Source of the DNA: Candidatus Versatilivorator sp.
GTDB taxonomy: Bacteria; Acidobacteriota; Terriglobia; Versatilivoradales; Versatilivoraceae
Assembly (NCBI GenBank): GCA_965207735.1
Contig: OZ242296.1
Coordinates: 4,608,001-4,672,000, forward strand
DNA length: 64,000 nt
Direction of reading: 5' to 3'
Part shown: positions 1-18,409 of the stretch, piece after piece
Layout: each line of letters starts with the position of its first letter
How positions within the stretch are numbered: position 1 is the stretch's first letter
Notes under the pieces: generated by a model
The model's database searches: none
Seen by the model: only the letters and a program-made list of their open reading frames with translations
Told to the model about the DNA's origin: nothing
Position numbers and translations under genes: made by a program

Positions 1-9312
<9,312 letters not shown>

Positions 9313-9399
9313 GTAAATTGAATTGACTTAACCTGCACCGCTTGTTATTTTTCTTTTCCCTCTAACCAATCCTTCTGAACTTGTGAAAGGGTTCTAGTC

Positions 9400-9645
9400 A
9401 TGGCCTCAACCGGTGATCGCCTCAAATCACTCATTGCCGACAATCTCGAAGTGGATGGACAGTCCATACCTGTGCCGGAGGATCTGAATATCAGCCTCCT
9501 CGAGTCCGGTGTGTCCTCGGTAGATCTGGTCGCGTTCGCGAAATTGGTCGCCCAGGACTTCAACATCAAATTTGCTCCCGAACATTGCACCTCGCTCAAC
9601 AGCATTCGGGAAGTGGCCGACTTCATCGATACCCAAGCCGGCTAG
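9400..9645 (+). CDS. Stand-alone acyl carrier protein
   Basis: 81 aa, acidic; LLESGVSSVDLV phosphopantetheine-type motif; lies directly after the PKS and before the PPTase. Confidence 0.85.
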   Translation: MASTGDRLKSLIADNLEVDGQSIPVPEDLNISLLESGVSSVDLVAFAKLVAQDFNIKFAPEHCTSLNSIREVADFIDTQAG

Positions 9646-9728
9646 GCTTTGCATGGGGTCGTTTGCTGGTCTTGAGGGACGGCGGCCTTCAGCGCTGCCG
9701 CGGGGTTAGTGCGAAACTTCGACAGGTG

Positions 9729-10445
9729 ATGGCTGCCTCTGTTGCCGAGTGCTGGTGGCGTCCGTTCAGGAAAATCGGTGATGCTACGGTCCTGTACGTC
9801 GATCTGGCGCCTGATGCGGCTCGTGAAGCGGCGGCCTTGACTTGGCTCGACGAGGAAGAACAATCGCGGCGGCAGCGCTTTCGGCACGACGGTGCTCGGC
9901 GCCGATTTGCCTTGTGCCGCGCGGCGCTCCGGGCAATTCTCTGTGGCCAGTTGGGCTGCCGGAACCGGCAGCTTGGCTTCGGCGCTTCCCATCACGGAAA
10001 GCCTTATGCGTTGGTCCAGGGGAAACCGGTCCCCATCGGCTTTAATGTCAGTCACGGCAGCGCACATGGCCTGATTGCCTTTGCCGCCGATGGCAGGCTG
10101 GGGGTGGACCTGGAGGAACGCAGCACGACGCGTAATCTCGATGGACTCATCGGAAGCGTACTGGGGCCGGGCGAACAAGCCGAGCTGGCCGTGGCGCGTG
10201 GGAGCCACAGGCGTCACTTGTTCTATCATCTCTGGACAGTCAAGGAAGCACTGATCAAGGCGCTTGGCACCGGACATTCCCTGGACGTGTCCCGATTCGA
10301 GGTCCCGTCGGCCATGCGCCGCGGCATGAAGGCCAGCGTATTTCGGTTCCCTCACATTCCGACCGTCCGATGGTGGCTGGAGGATCTAGGCAACGAGCGC
10401 TTTGCCGCCGCCATCGCTCATGAATTGCCCCCGGGTCTCCATTGA
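9729..10445 (+). CDS. Sfp-type 4'-phosphopantetheinyl transferase
   Basis: HGKP, FNVSH, GVDLE and WTVKEALIKA motifs. The start at ATG 9729 is my choice within ORF 9585-10445. Confidence 0.9.
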   Translation: MAASVAECWWRPFRKIGDATVLYVDLAPDAAREAAALTWLDEEEQSRRQRFRHDGARRRFALCRAALRAILCGQLGCRNRQLGFGASHHGKPYALVQGKPVPIGFNVSHGSAHGLIAFAADGRLGVDLEERSTTRNLDGLIGSVLGPGEQAELAVARGSHRRHLFYHLWTVKEALIKALGTGHSLDVSRFEVPSAMRRGMKASVFRFPHIPTVRWWLEDLGNERFAAAIAHELPPGLH

Positions 10446-11353
10446 CTACCACTCCAGAGACCGTATGGGAGATACCGGAGCCTCTCTCCACCAGCGATGT
10501 TCGGGTGGACGATGAGACCGTTATCACCCTGCGCCGCCATGGAAATCCGTCGGGACCGCGGCTCGTTCTGAGCCACGGGAACGGTCTGGCGATCGATCTC
10601 TATTTCCCCTTCTGGTCACTGCTTCTCGCCGATTTCGACCTGATGATCTACGATCTCAGAAACCATGGTTGGAATGCCGTAAGCTCCCAGCAAAAACATA
10701 ATGTGCCGACCTTCGTCAACGACCACGACCTTATCCTCCAAGCGATCGACCGTGACTACGGAGAGAAACCGAAAATAGGCGTATTTCATTCGGTTTCAGC
10801 TCTGACAACGCTGATGTCACCGGCCAAGGGCCGCGGCTACTCGGGCTACGTTCTGTTCGACCCGCCACTGTGCAAGCGCGGGGCCAGCTATGAGGAATTC
10901 GATAAGGCCGCCGAGCGACTGGCGGTCATGATCCGGCGCCGCGCGCATCGGTTCAGGAACAGAGAAGAGTTGACGGAAGTTCTTTCCTATGTCCCGACCT
11001 TCCAGCGTACCGTGCCGGGGTTTTTCGATCTGATGGCCAGGACAACGCTGCGCGACTGCGAGAGTGGTGAGGGGTATGTGCTTCGCTGCCCGCGAGAATT
11101 TGAAGCGCAGGTCACGGAATATGCCGCCCCCTATGCCGTGCTGGTGGACTTTGCAGCTTTCCACTGCCCGATCAAGGTCATCGGCGCCGATCCTACCCTG
11201 CCCTACTCCTATCTGCCGACGCTCGATCTCAGTCACATATTGACCGTGGACTACGATTTCCTGCCTGAGACGACTCACCTTCTGCAAGTGGAGCAGCCCG
11301 AGGAATGCGTGGCCGAACTGCGCGAATTTGTCGAGCGGAACGCACGATCGTGA
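10442..11353 (+). CDS. Alpha/beta hydrolase (possible PKS release enzyme/thioesterase)
   Basis: LSHGNG oxyanion region, YDLRNHG, GVFHSVS nucleophile elbow and C-terminal His (THLL); overlaps the PPTase stop codon. Confidence 0.8.
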   Translation: MTTTPETVWEIPEPLSTSDVRVDDETVITLRRHGNPSGPRLVLSHGNGLAIDLYFPFWSLLLADFDLMIYDLRNHGWNAVSSQQKHNVPTFVNDHDLILQAIDRDYGEKPKIGVFHSVSALTTLMSPAKGRGYSGYVLFDPPLCKRGASYEEFDKAAERLAVMIRRRAHRFRNREELTEVLSYVPTFQRTVPGFFDLMARTTLRDCESGEGYVLRCPREFEAQVTEYAAPYAVLVDFAAFHCPIKVIGADPTLPYSYLPTLDLSHILTVDYDFLPETTHLLQVEQPEECVAELREFVERNARS

Positions 11354-11365
11354 ACAACTTCCTAG

Positions 11366-12945
11366 GAGTCTGCGCCGCAGGACGATTTCGGAAAGTTCAA
11401 GAGCGAGAGGCTACTGCGCAAGGCCGGTTCCAAGGAGTGCTTGGGAGCCACTTGGGCGTTGATAGAGTCTCAAGCGTCCTGTGGGCTCCCACAATGGGCG
11501 GTTGAGGACCTCCGTGGCCCTGGGTATTGGGTGGAAATCCCTTGCTTCAGGCCGCCATCAACGCACTCATCCTCTTGATGTTGAGGGCCAGACACACCAA
11601 GTCCCACTCCCCCTGCACTGATTGCAAGCCCCGCAGACTGAACCGTCGGAATCCCAGCCCCTCCTTGATCCACCCATGAGGGGCTTCGGCAATCCACTTC
11701 CTCCGCCGATACTCCACCTGACCGGCTAGGCTGGCCAGCTTCTTCCTCATACGACTCTTGGCCGGATGCTTCCTGGGATCGATCTCTACCGCCCGCTTCC
11801 CCTCGCGCCCCAGCGCAACATAACCGTCCACTCCTCTCTCTTCCAGGGCCTGCAAGTCCTCCTCATTGCAGTAGCCCGCATCCGCCAGCACCTGTTTCGG
11901 TATCTCCTGGAAGCTCTCCTCCACCTCCTCCAGCAACTCCATCATCTGCCCCTGATCGCTCGCCTGCGCCGTTACCTCGGTGGCCACAATGATCTGGTGC
12001 TCTCCGTCCACCGCCACCTGCGCGTTGTAGCATTGCTGGAACCCCTCGGTGGAAGTCTTCATGATCCGGCTTTCCGGATCGGTGAAATTACTCTGCGCCT
12101 TCTCCTCCGGTTCTCCGTAGGCCCGCTTGTAGGGCCGTCGTGCTTTCGGGTTGCGGTCCTGTCCCGGTTTGCGCCCCCGCTCCTCATCGGCCTCCCGCTG
12201 GGCCGCCTCCAGCCGCTGCTTGGCCGCCTCGATCGCCGCCAGCCGGTCCTCCCGCCGCCGCAACTCCTCGGGCAACTCATCCCCACGCCGGTCTTCCCCG
12301 TACCGCTCATCTTCCTCCCGGTCCTCCCGCCGCGCCTTCTTCAACAACTCATGGATCTCTGCCTTCAGTTGCCGCTCCCGCTCCTTCATCCGACCATAGC
12401 TCATCGCCTTGCGCCGGCTCGCGTTCGCCCGCACCTTCGTCCCGTCGATCCCCAATCGCCCCAACCCCACCATCCCCATCTCCCGCGCCAAGCTCACCAC
12501 CTGTACGAACAGCTGCTTGAAGTCCTTCAAATGCCGGCGGCGAAACTCGCACAACGTCCGATGCTGCGGAAAGTTCCCCGCCGCCAGCATCCGAAACGCC
12601 ACGTCTTCCTCCAGCTTCCTCGCGATCTTGCGCGACGAGAACACCCCTGTCGCATAGGCGTAAATCAACACCTTCACCATCATCCGCGGCTCGTAGGGCG
12701 AGTTGCGCCTCCCGTCCTCTTCATAGGGCCGGTAAAACGCTCTCAACTCCAGCCCATCCACCAACTCACTCACCTGATGGGCCAAGTGCCCTTCCGGTAC
12801 CCACTCCCCCAGGTCCGGCGGCAACATCAACAGTTGCTTCGGCTGATACGGGCGAAACCTTGTCCCCATCCACCACCTCCTATGATGTCTCTAAGCCCGT
12901 TATTGTATCATTCAGCCCTGCCCGGGTTTTCTGCGGCGCAGACTC
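11366..12945 (-). mobile_element. IS1182-family insertion sequence
   Basis: Perfect 15-bp TIRs GAGTCTGCGCCGCAG (11366-11380) / CTGCGGCGCAGACTC (12931-12945); CTAG duplicated at 11362-11365 and 12946-12949; encloses a transposase. Confidence 0.92.
11547..12869 (-). CDS. IS1182-family DDE transposase
   Basis: 440 aa; YxPRMMVKVLIYAY..SSRKI N-terminus, IDGTKVRANAS, TDPESRIMK, YNAQ, ADAGY, RRKWIAE..G.IK motifs. Confidence 0.93.
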   Translation of the reverse strand: MGTRFRPYQPKQLLMLPPDLGEWVPEGHLAHQVSELVDGLELRAFYRPYEEDGRRNSPYEPRMMVKVLIYAYATGVFSSRKIARKLEEDVAFRMLAAGNFPQHRTLCEFRRRHLKDFKQLFVQVVSLAREMGMVGLGRLGIDGTKVRANASRRKAMSYGRMKERERQLKAEIHELLKKARREDREEDERYGEDRRGDELPEELRRREDRLAAIEAAKQRLEAAQREADEERGRKPGQDRNPKARRPYKRAYGEPEEKAQSNFTDPESRIMKTSTEGFQQCYNAQVAVDGEHQIIVATEVTAQASDQGQMMELLEEVEESFQEIPKQVLADAGYCNEEDLQALEERGVDGYVALGREGKRAVEIDPRKHPAKSRMRKKLASLAGQVEYRRRKWIAEAPHGWIKEGLGFRRFSLRGLQSVQGEWDLVCLALNIKRMSALMAA

Positions 12946-12949
12946 CTAG

Positions 12950-13983
12950 CCCGCATTTCTCAGTGCGCCATGGAAAGGCGCCTTCTTCCAACGGGTGCGA
13001 AACCCGTCCAACAACTGTCGCTCCGGTTGGTAGCAGCCAGGGCGGATCATGGAGGTAACGATATGGTCTGAAGCCCTCTGGTGTCAAAGGGCCGCTTAAG
13101 GCGGTTCAGCGAGCATGCGGGCCGGAACGCGAGTGAACGTCGAGCAGGCCTCGAAACGGGCAATGCGGGGGCCGACCCACCTGAGAAATGGGGAAGGCCG
13201 AAGACGGAGGGGGAAGCGAGCGACGCGGGCACCCCTTTGGACCCGCCGGGGTAGTGGCGCTGGCACGCATGGAAGGGGAAGAAGGCAGCAACATGGGAAG
13301 CCCTGTGGGTGGTGAGGCACGCACCGAACCGGAAGCTCGCGAGAGTCAGTCTAGGCCGACAGGGTGGCGGAGAGGCCTGTAGTACCGGAGAAGCCGGGTA
13401 ATACCGGTGGAGGGAAGGGGCCTCAGGTGAGGAGCGGTGACCGAAGGGGGAAGGGTCCCGGGAGTGGCGAAAGCCTGAAACCCCGACCAAAAAAGGGCCG
13501 GAGACTCCGGAAGCATCACATGCAAAAGTGAAAGGGTCGTCGGAGGAGGACGGCGTCGTCAGGGCATCAACAGGCCTGGCGGCAACCCGGGAGCGGAAGT
13601 GGATGGAGTGGGGGACGGGTGCCAATCCCATAGGAGTCGTCCACGGATGCGAGCGGGGACCTGTGTGCGAGACGCATGATCCCACTGGAGAGCCGAGATG
13701 CGGGAAAACCGCACGTCCGGTTCGGAGAGCGGGGACTGGAAACGTGATAAGGGAGCCGGACTGAGGCACGAAGCGAAAGCGACGGAATAGCCACCGGACC
13801 CTATAGTCAACGCGCCAGTCCTCGACTCTACCCAGGGGGCATGTACGCGCTGAATGGAAAAAGACAAGCCAAGGCATGCCCAGCGCGGTCTGTTACCCGC
13901 AAGCCCTTCCCATGAAGCCAATCAAAGTACTGAAGATAAACTGCTTTTCGTCATGGCACCAGCGACCTGGTGAGAAATGCGGG
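12950..13983. mobile_element. MITE copy 1 (165 bp once the intron is removed), interrupted in one TIR by a group II intron
   Basis: TIR CCCGCATTTCTCA^CCAGG ... CCTGGTGAGAAATGCGGG; CTAG duplicated at 12946-12949 and 13984-13987; homologous to 42319-43431 in the opposite orientation. Confidence 0.85.
12963..13831 (+). ncRNA. ORF-less group II intron, copy 1 (869 nt)
   Basis: 5' GTGCG and 3' ...CTCGACTCTAC; domain V GAGCCG(A)GATGCGGGAAAACCGCACGTCCGGTTC; ribozyme core colinear with the RT-encoding intron at 15980-17974; no RT ORF. Confidence 0.92.
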
Positions 13984-15717
13984 CTAGCTGTTCACTCGAA
14001 CCGTAACGATGTCCAGTCCGTGATACTTCTGGTGGCGAACGGCAGAAGCGTAGTGCCGCAAAAGGCGGAAGGATAGCTCCCTTTCGTCGTAGATCTCGGT
14101 CTGTTCGTTCAGATAGGCAAGGTGGTCTTCCAGGTTTTCCTCGTCGAAAACCGCCAGGAACTCCAGTTCCACCGCCTCGGCCTCGGGACGCGCCACCAGG
14201 ATCAAGCGCGGCGTTTCCGCGTCCGGATATTCGTTCCCCGGCTGCAACAAGCTCGCCAGGGTTTCCTCACCCGCGGAACGCAGCCGCTCGGTCGCCGCCG
14301 CATCCCAACCCATCCTGACTGCAACCTTCCGGAGGAAGGCATCGATCCGGGGAAGGTCGGCGATATTCAACCGCACCTCCAGGCGACGGCGCCGCGGGCG
14401 GGTCAGTTCCAGGAAAGCGGTCAGCGCGATCGCAGTGGCGGTGCCGACGGTCATGCCGTTGCCGAGCAGCGTGCCCCAGGGATTGCCCAGCAGGTCTTCC
14501 AGAATGTTCTGATGTTGCATGCCGAGGCCTATCGAGAACGCCAAGCCCGCCACCATGGCCTTCTGCGGGTCGAGGCCCGACCGCACCAGGGTCTGGATTC
14601 CTTCCACGAAGAGCATCCCCAGCGCGACCAGCAGGAAGCCCCCCATGACCGGGCTGGGAATGGTGAGCAGCACGCTCGTTACCTTGGGAAAGAACGCCAG
14701 CACCACCAGGAGGGCTCCCATGACATAGGCAACGCTGCGTGCGGTGACCCCGGTGAGGTTGAATAGAGAGACCGTAAGCGACGAATAGGAGGTAGTGGGC
14801 GGTGTCCCGGCAAGCCCCGACAGCAGAATACCCACCCCGTTGGCATAGATTGAGCCTTGAATCAGGCGGAAGTCGGTCGCCCGCGGCCGGCGGCGCGACA
14901 CCTGTTGGACAACCACGGCGTCGCTGATGCTCTTGATGACTTGCACCAGGGTGACAATCAGGAACATCGGCAGCAGTGCCCAGAAGCCGGCGGACGGAAT
15001 CAGGTTCAGCCCCGGAAACCCGCTTTCGGGGACTCCGACCCAGGGAGCCGCGACCAGGCGCTCGAAGTCGTACAGGCCGAAGGGCGCCGCCGCCAGGCAG
15101 CCCGCCGCGATTCCGATCAGCAGCGACCAGGGTCGCCAGATTCCGGGAGCGCGCAGGATCAACATTGTGGCTACGACCAGCGTCACGGCCGCGACGCACG
15201 GACCTGCCGCCAGTGGTGCGCTTTCGGGGACCTCTTTCAGCCGATCGAAAGCGATGGGCAGGACCATGGCTGCGATCAGCATGAGGACCGTGCCGGAGAC
15301 GACCGGCGTGATGATGCGGCGCAGTTGCGGCAGCCACGAGGCCAGCGCCAGGTAAAAGAACGACGAAAGGACGATGAGGCTTGCCAGCATGGCTGGTCCG
15401 CCCTCCGCCAGGGCAAAGACCGAGAGAGCGATGAAGCTGGGCGTGACTCCCGTAATGAGCACGTGGCCGCCGCCCAGTCGCCCGACCTTGGCGGCCTGCA
15501 GCGCAGTGGCCACTCCAACGATGATCAGCGTGGCGAAGACGGCCCACGACAACTGGAGTTTGTCCTGGCCGGCGGCCAGCACGGTGATGGCCACGATCAG
15601 CACCGTCGGGGCCAGCACAATCATGATGCCCTGGATTGCGACCCCAACGGCCACAACCGGAGGACACCGCTCGTCCACTTCGTAGCGGATATTCTGGTTT
15701 GAGCGTGCTGATGGCAA
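13984..15717 (-). CDS. NCS2 (xanthine/uracil permease) family transporter with extra C-terminal soluble domain
   Basis: Many TM segments; YEVDERCP N-terminus, ITPVVSGTV, FFPKVTSVLLTIPSPVMGG; about 130-aa hydrophilic tail; TTG start preceded by GAGG. Confidence 0.85.
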   Translation of the reverse strand: MPSARSNQNIRYEVDERCPPVVAVGVAIQGIMIVLAPTVLIVAITVLAAGQDKLQLSWAVFATLIIVGVATALQAAKVGRLGGGHVLITGVTPSFIALSVFALAEGGPAMLASLIVLSSFFYLALASWLPQLRRIITPVVSGTVLMLIAAMVLPIAFDRLKEVPESAPLAAGPCVAAVTLVVATMLILRAPGIWRPWSLLIGIAAGCLAAAPFGLYDFERLVAAPWVGVPESGFPGLNLIPSAGFWALLPMFLIVTLVQVIKSISDAVVVQQVSRRRPRATDFRLIQGSIYANGVGILLSGLAGTPPTTSYSSLTVSLFNLTGVTARSVAYVMGALLVVLAFFPKVTSVLLTIPSPVMGGFLLVALGMLFVEGIQTLVRSGLDPQKAMVAGLAFSIGLGMQHQNILEDLLGNPWGTLLGNGMTVGTATAIALTAFLELTRPRRRRLEVRLNIADLPRIDAFLRKVAVRMGWDAAATERLRSAGEETLASLLQPGNEYPDAETPRLILVARPEAEAVELEFLAVFDEENLEDHLAYLNEQTEIYDERELSFRLLRHYASAVRHQKYHGLDIVTVRVNS

Positions 15718-15900
15718 TTGAGACCTCTTTGTGCCTCTTGGTGTGAGGATCCCAGGTTAAAGGCTTCCTGGGAACGCTGGCGTACCACCCGCGACGGGGC
15801 AGATCCATCGAGAAGGACTATCTATTCAACATGGATGCACAGGATAATCAGGACGGGAGGCTGCTGCAGGAGAGACTGACTCCGGCGATGATCCCATGCG

Positions 15901-15979
15901 GAAATCGACAAACCTTTCGTGACTTTGGTATCCCGTCGCGGTTAACCCCAACGCCTTAGTGGCCCTTCGCCGTTCTTCG
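15901..15979. repeat. Repeat family A copy, first part (split by the RT intron)
   Basis: Joining this to 17975-18028 rebuilds a sequence colinear with the copies at 18234, 21181, 32930 and 37795. Confidence 0.8.
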
Positions 15980-17974
15980 GTAGAGTCGAGGGGAGGCGCG
16001 CCGGCCTTAGATCGAGGGAGTCGCTGTTGCCGGCGGCTTTCGCCACTCGCCGGTGCCTCAATCTCGTTCCTCGCTGCGTTTCCTCGCCCCCGCTCGTCAA
16101 ACCGGACGTGCGGTTTTCCCGCATCCGGCTTTCAGTCAAGATCATGCCTTCGCCCTCGGAAGGCTCTGTGGCTTCGACCCCAGGCAAGTGAGTCCATAGG
16201 TTTTCCATAGTCTCTCGTCCGAGAAGCGCACACTCCCCCCGGTCCTCACCTTGTGCTTCCGACAGAGCCACTGACGCAGCCGCCCGCCCGCGTGGCGGTC
16301 GATCGCTCGGTAGGCCGGGCTCACCTGCCCCAGAACGAAGTAGTTCGCCCACCCGGTCATCGCCCGGTTCAGGTGTTCTACCATCTGTCCTCGAAGCAGC
16401 GTCCCGTTCCTCGGCGCCGTCCACTCGCTGATCTTGCGGCAGATGCTCTGGACGCTCGCCTGGCTGGGTCGTGTGCCGATGTAGGCTCCTTTCCCTTTGG
16501 GGCGATAGTTGCGTCCGATGCGATATCCCAGAAACCCCATCGGTTCCTCCGGACACCGCAAGCATCGGGTCTTCCGCTCGTTGACCGGTAGCTTCAGCTC
16601 CTCCATGATCCGCTTGACCGCCGTCAGCATCTCTGCCGCCGGTGCCCTGCCGAGTACACGGAAGTCATCCGCATAGTTGACGATCTCCGCACAGAAGCGC
16701 CGGGCATATCCCAGCACCTTCCAGCCCAAAACGAAGCGCCGCATGTAGAGATTGCTGAGCAACGGTGAGATCGGGGCTCCTTGCGGTGTCCCCTTCCGCT
16801 CCCGGCGCCCTCGGTTCCGGCGGCGTCTGCCACCCTTCCCGTCGTCCTCCTCCACCGGCATCTCCAGCCATGCCTTGATGAGCTTGAGCATCCTCCCGTC
16901 ACTCACGCGCCGGGCAATGCTTCGAATCAGCTCCGCATGCGGAATCTCGCCGAAGTAGTTGGACAGGTCGCCGTCAACCACCTCCTGGTAACCCCTTTGC
17001 AGGAGTTCATGCACGCGTTTGACCGCGTCGTTGGCACTCCGCCCCCGCCGATAGCCATATTGCTCCGGTTGCAGGTCCGCTTCGAAGATCGGCTCCAACA
17101 CCAGCAAAGCCGCCGTCTGCGCTACCCGGTCCCGTATGCAGGGTATGCCCAAAGGCCGGAACTTGCCGGGCTGTTTCTTCGGGATCAGCACCTGCCGCAC
17201 CGGCTTCGGTACGTAGGTTCCTTCCCTCAGGTCCCGCGCCAGTTCCCCCAGCCAGCCCTCCACCCCATACGCCTCGATGTCCTTGAAGCCCTCCCCGTCC
17301 ACCCCGGCCGACCCGCCGTTTCGGCGTACCTGTGCCCAGGCTTCCTTCAGAAAGTCCTCTCGCCACACCTTGTCCGACAGCGCATGAAACCGCCGCTTGG
17401 GGTCCTCCTTCGCTTTCGCATGTAGCATGGTCTGGAATTTCCGAACCCCCTCTGACCCTGTTAGACTCTTGTCAGTGGCCACGCCTTGCCTCCTTTCCAT
17501 GCTGCTCTCAACTCAGGGTCCCTTCCCTCCACCGGCGTTACCCGGCTTCTCCGGTACTACCGACCCATCCGCCACCCTGACGGCCCGGCCTGCCCCTCGC
17601 GGGGTCCCGGTTGATGTGTGCCGCATCTCCCCCAGGGCTTCCCGTGTTGCTGCCTTCTTCCCCTTCCATGCGTGCCAGCGTCACTACCCCGACGGAAGCG
17701 GATCGGTGCCCGCGTCGCTCTCTTCCCCATCCGCCAACGGCCTTCCCCTAAAGACAGGAGGGTCGGCTTCCGTATTGTCCGTTTCGAGGCCTGCTCGACG
17801 TTCACTCGCGTTCCGGCCCGCATGCTCGCTGAGCCGCCCTTGGCGGCCCTTGACCCCAGAGTGCTTCAGACCATTTCGTTACCTCCATGATCCGCCCTGG
17901 CTGCTACCAACCGGAGCGACAGTTGTTGGGCGGGGTTCGCACCCGCCAGAAGAAGGCGCCTTTCCACGGCGCAC
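15980..17974 (-). mobile_element. Full-length group II intron (1995 nt) encoding an RT/maturase
   Basis: Minus strand begins GTGCGCCGTGGAAAGG and ends CTCGACTCTAC; domain V AAGCCGGATGCGGGAAAACCGCACGTCCGGTTT; RT ORF lies in domain IV. Confidence 0.95.
16142..17500 (-). CDS. ltrA: Group II intron reverse transcriptase/maturase (no HNH endonuclease domain)
   Basis: GSAGVDG, RPLGIP..RDR, GTPQGAPISPLLSN, YADD, FLGY and domain X (LNRAMTGWANYF); 452 aa, ends without an HNH domain. Confidence 0.95.
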   Translation of the reverse strand: MERRQGVATDKSLTGSEGVRKFQTMLHAKAKEDPKRRFHALSDKVWREDFLKEAWAQVRRNGGSAGVDGEGFKDIEAYGVEGWLGELARDLREGTYVPKPVRQVLIPKKQPGKFRPLGIPCIRDRVAQTAALLVLEPIFEADLQPEQYGYRRGRSANDAVKRVHELLQRGYQEVVDGDLSNYFGEIPHAELIRSIARRVSDGRMLKLIKAWLEMPVEEDDGKGGRRRRNRGRRERKGTPQGAPISPLLSNLYMRRFVLGWKVLGYARRFCAEIVNYADDFRVLGRAPAAEMLTAVKRIMEELKLPVNERKTRCLRCPEEPMGFLGYRIGRNYRPKGKGAYIGTRPSQASVQSICRKISEWTAPRNGTLLRGQMVEHLNRAMTGWANYFVLGQVSPAYRAIDRHAGGRLRQWLCRKHKVRTGGSVRFSDERLWKTYGLTCLGSKPQSLPRAKA

Positions 17975-18028
17975 TGTCTCTTCGTGGATAACTCTTTTTC
18001 TTTTTTCGTTTGTTTCAGACAAGGCAAG
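17975..18028. repeat. Repeat family A copy, second part (5' exon of the RT intron)
   Basis: CTTCGTGGATAACTCTTTTTCTTT...GTTTCAGACAAGGCAAG, near-identical to 33003-33074. Confidence 0.8.
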
Positions 18029-18098
18029 TGACCTTGGCGCCATTTTCGGGTTTTTGGGGAGAACCGGTCTCCGCGGCCTCGCGCTTTCTGCCCTCTGC

Positions 18099-18183
18099 TG
18101 TCGCCGCCTTCGCGGCTCGACGTGGAGCTACCGCTTTCCATGGGCTTACGCCCACGGCTACCTGCTGCCGCCGCTCCGCGGCT
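18099..18183. repeat. REP-like palindromic element
   Basis: GCCGCCTTCGCGGC and GCCGCTCCGCGGC hairpins around a GGGCTTACGCCC hairpin; single copy in the window. Confidence 0.45.
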
Positions 18184-18233
18184 CGATTGGTCGTCCGGGC
18201 GTTCGCCCGGGGATTATCAAATACCAATAAGCT

Positions 18234-18409
18234 CGGCCCCCGCCCTGGTGGGCGGATCATACAAGTGTGAAACAATCAGAAATCGATCAACCCTTCGCGA
18301 ACTTGGTACCCCGTCGCGGCCAACCTCAGCGCCTTAGTGCCCCTTCGTCGTTCTTCGTGCCCCTTCGTGGATAAGTCTTTTTCTTTGTCTTTTGTCGGTT
18401 GTTTCAGGC
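18234..18409. repeat. Repeat family A copy (about 150-175 bp, CACGAAG-rich)
   Basis: CCCCGCCC..GGGCGGATCAT...GGTACCCCGTCGCGG..AACCTCA.CGCCTTAGTG.CCCTTCGTCGTTCTTCGTGCCCCTTCGTGGATAAG plus a T-rich tail. Confidence 0.85.

Noticed and set aside
13047-13921. ORFs overlapping the short introns (also 42416-43219 and 17397-18230)
   Set aside because: They are chance frames across structured intron RNA with no protein motifs.
16142-17500. RT as retron, DGR or defence RT
   Set aside because: It has domain X and sits within complete group II intron RNA boundaries.
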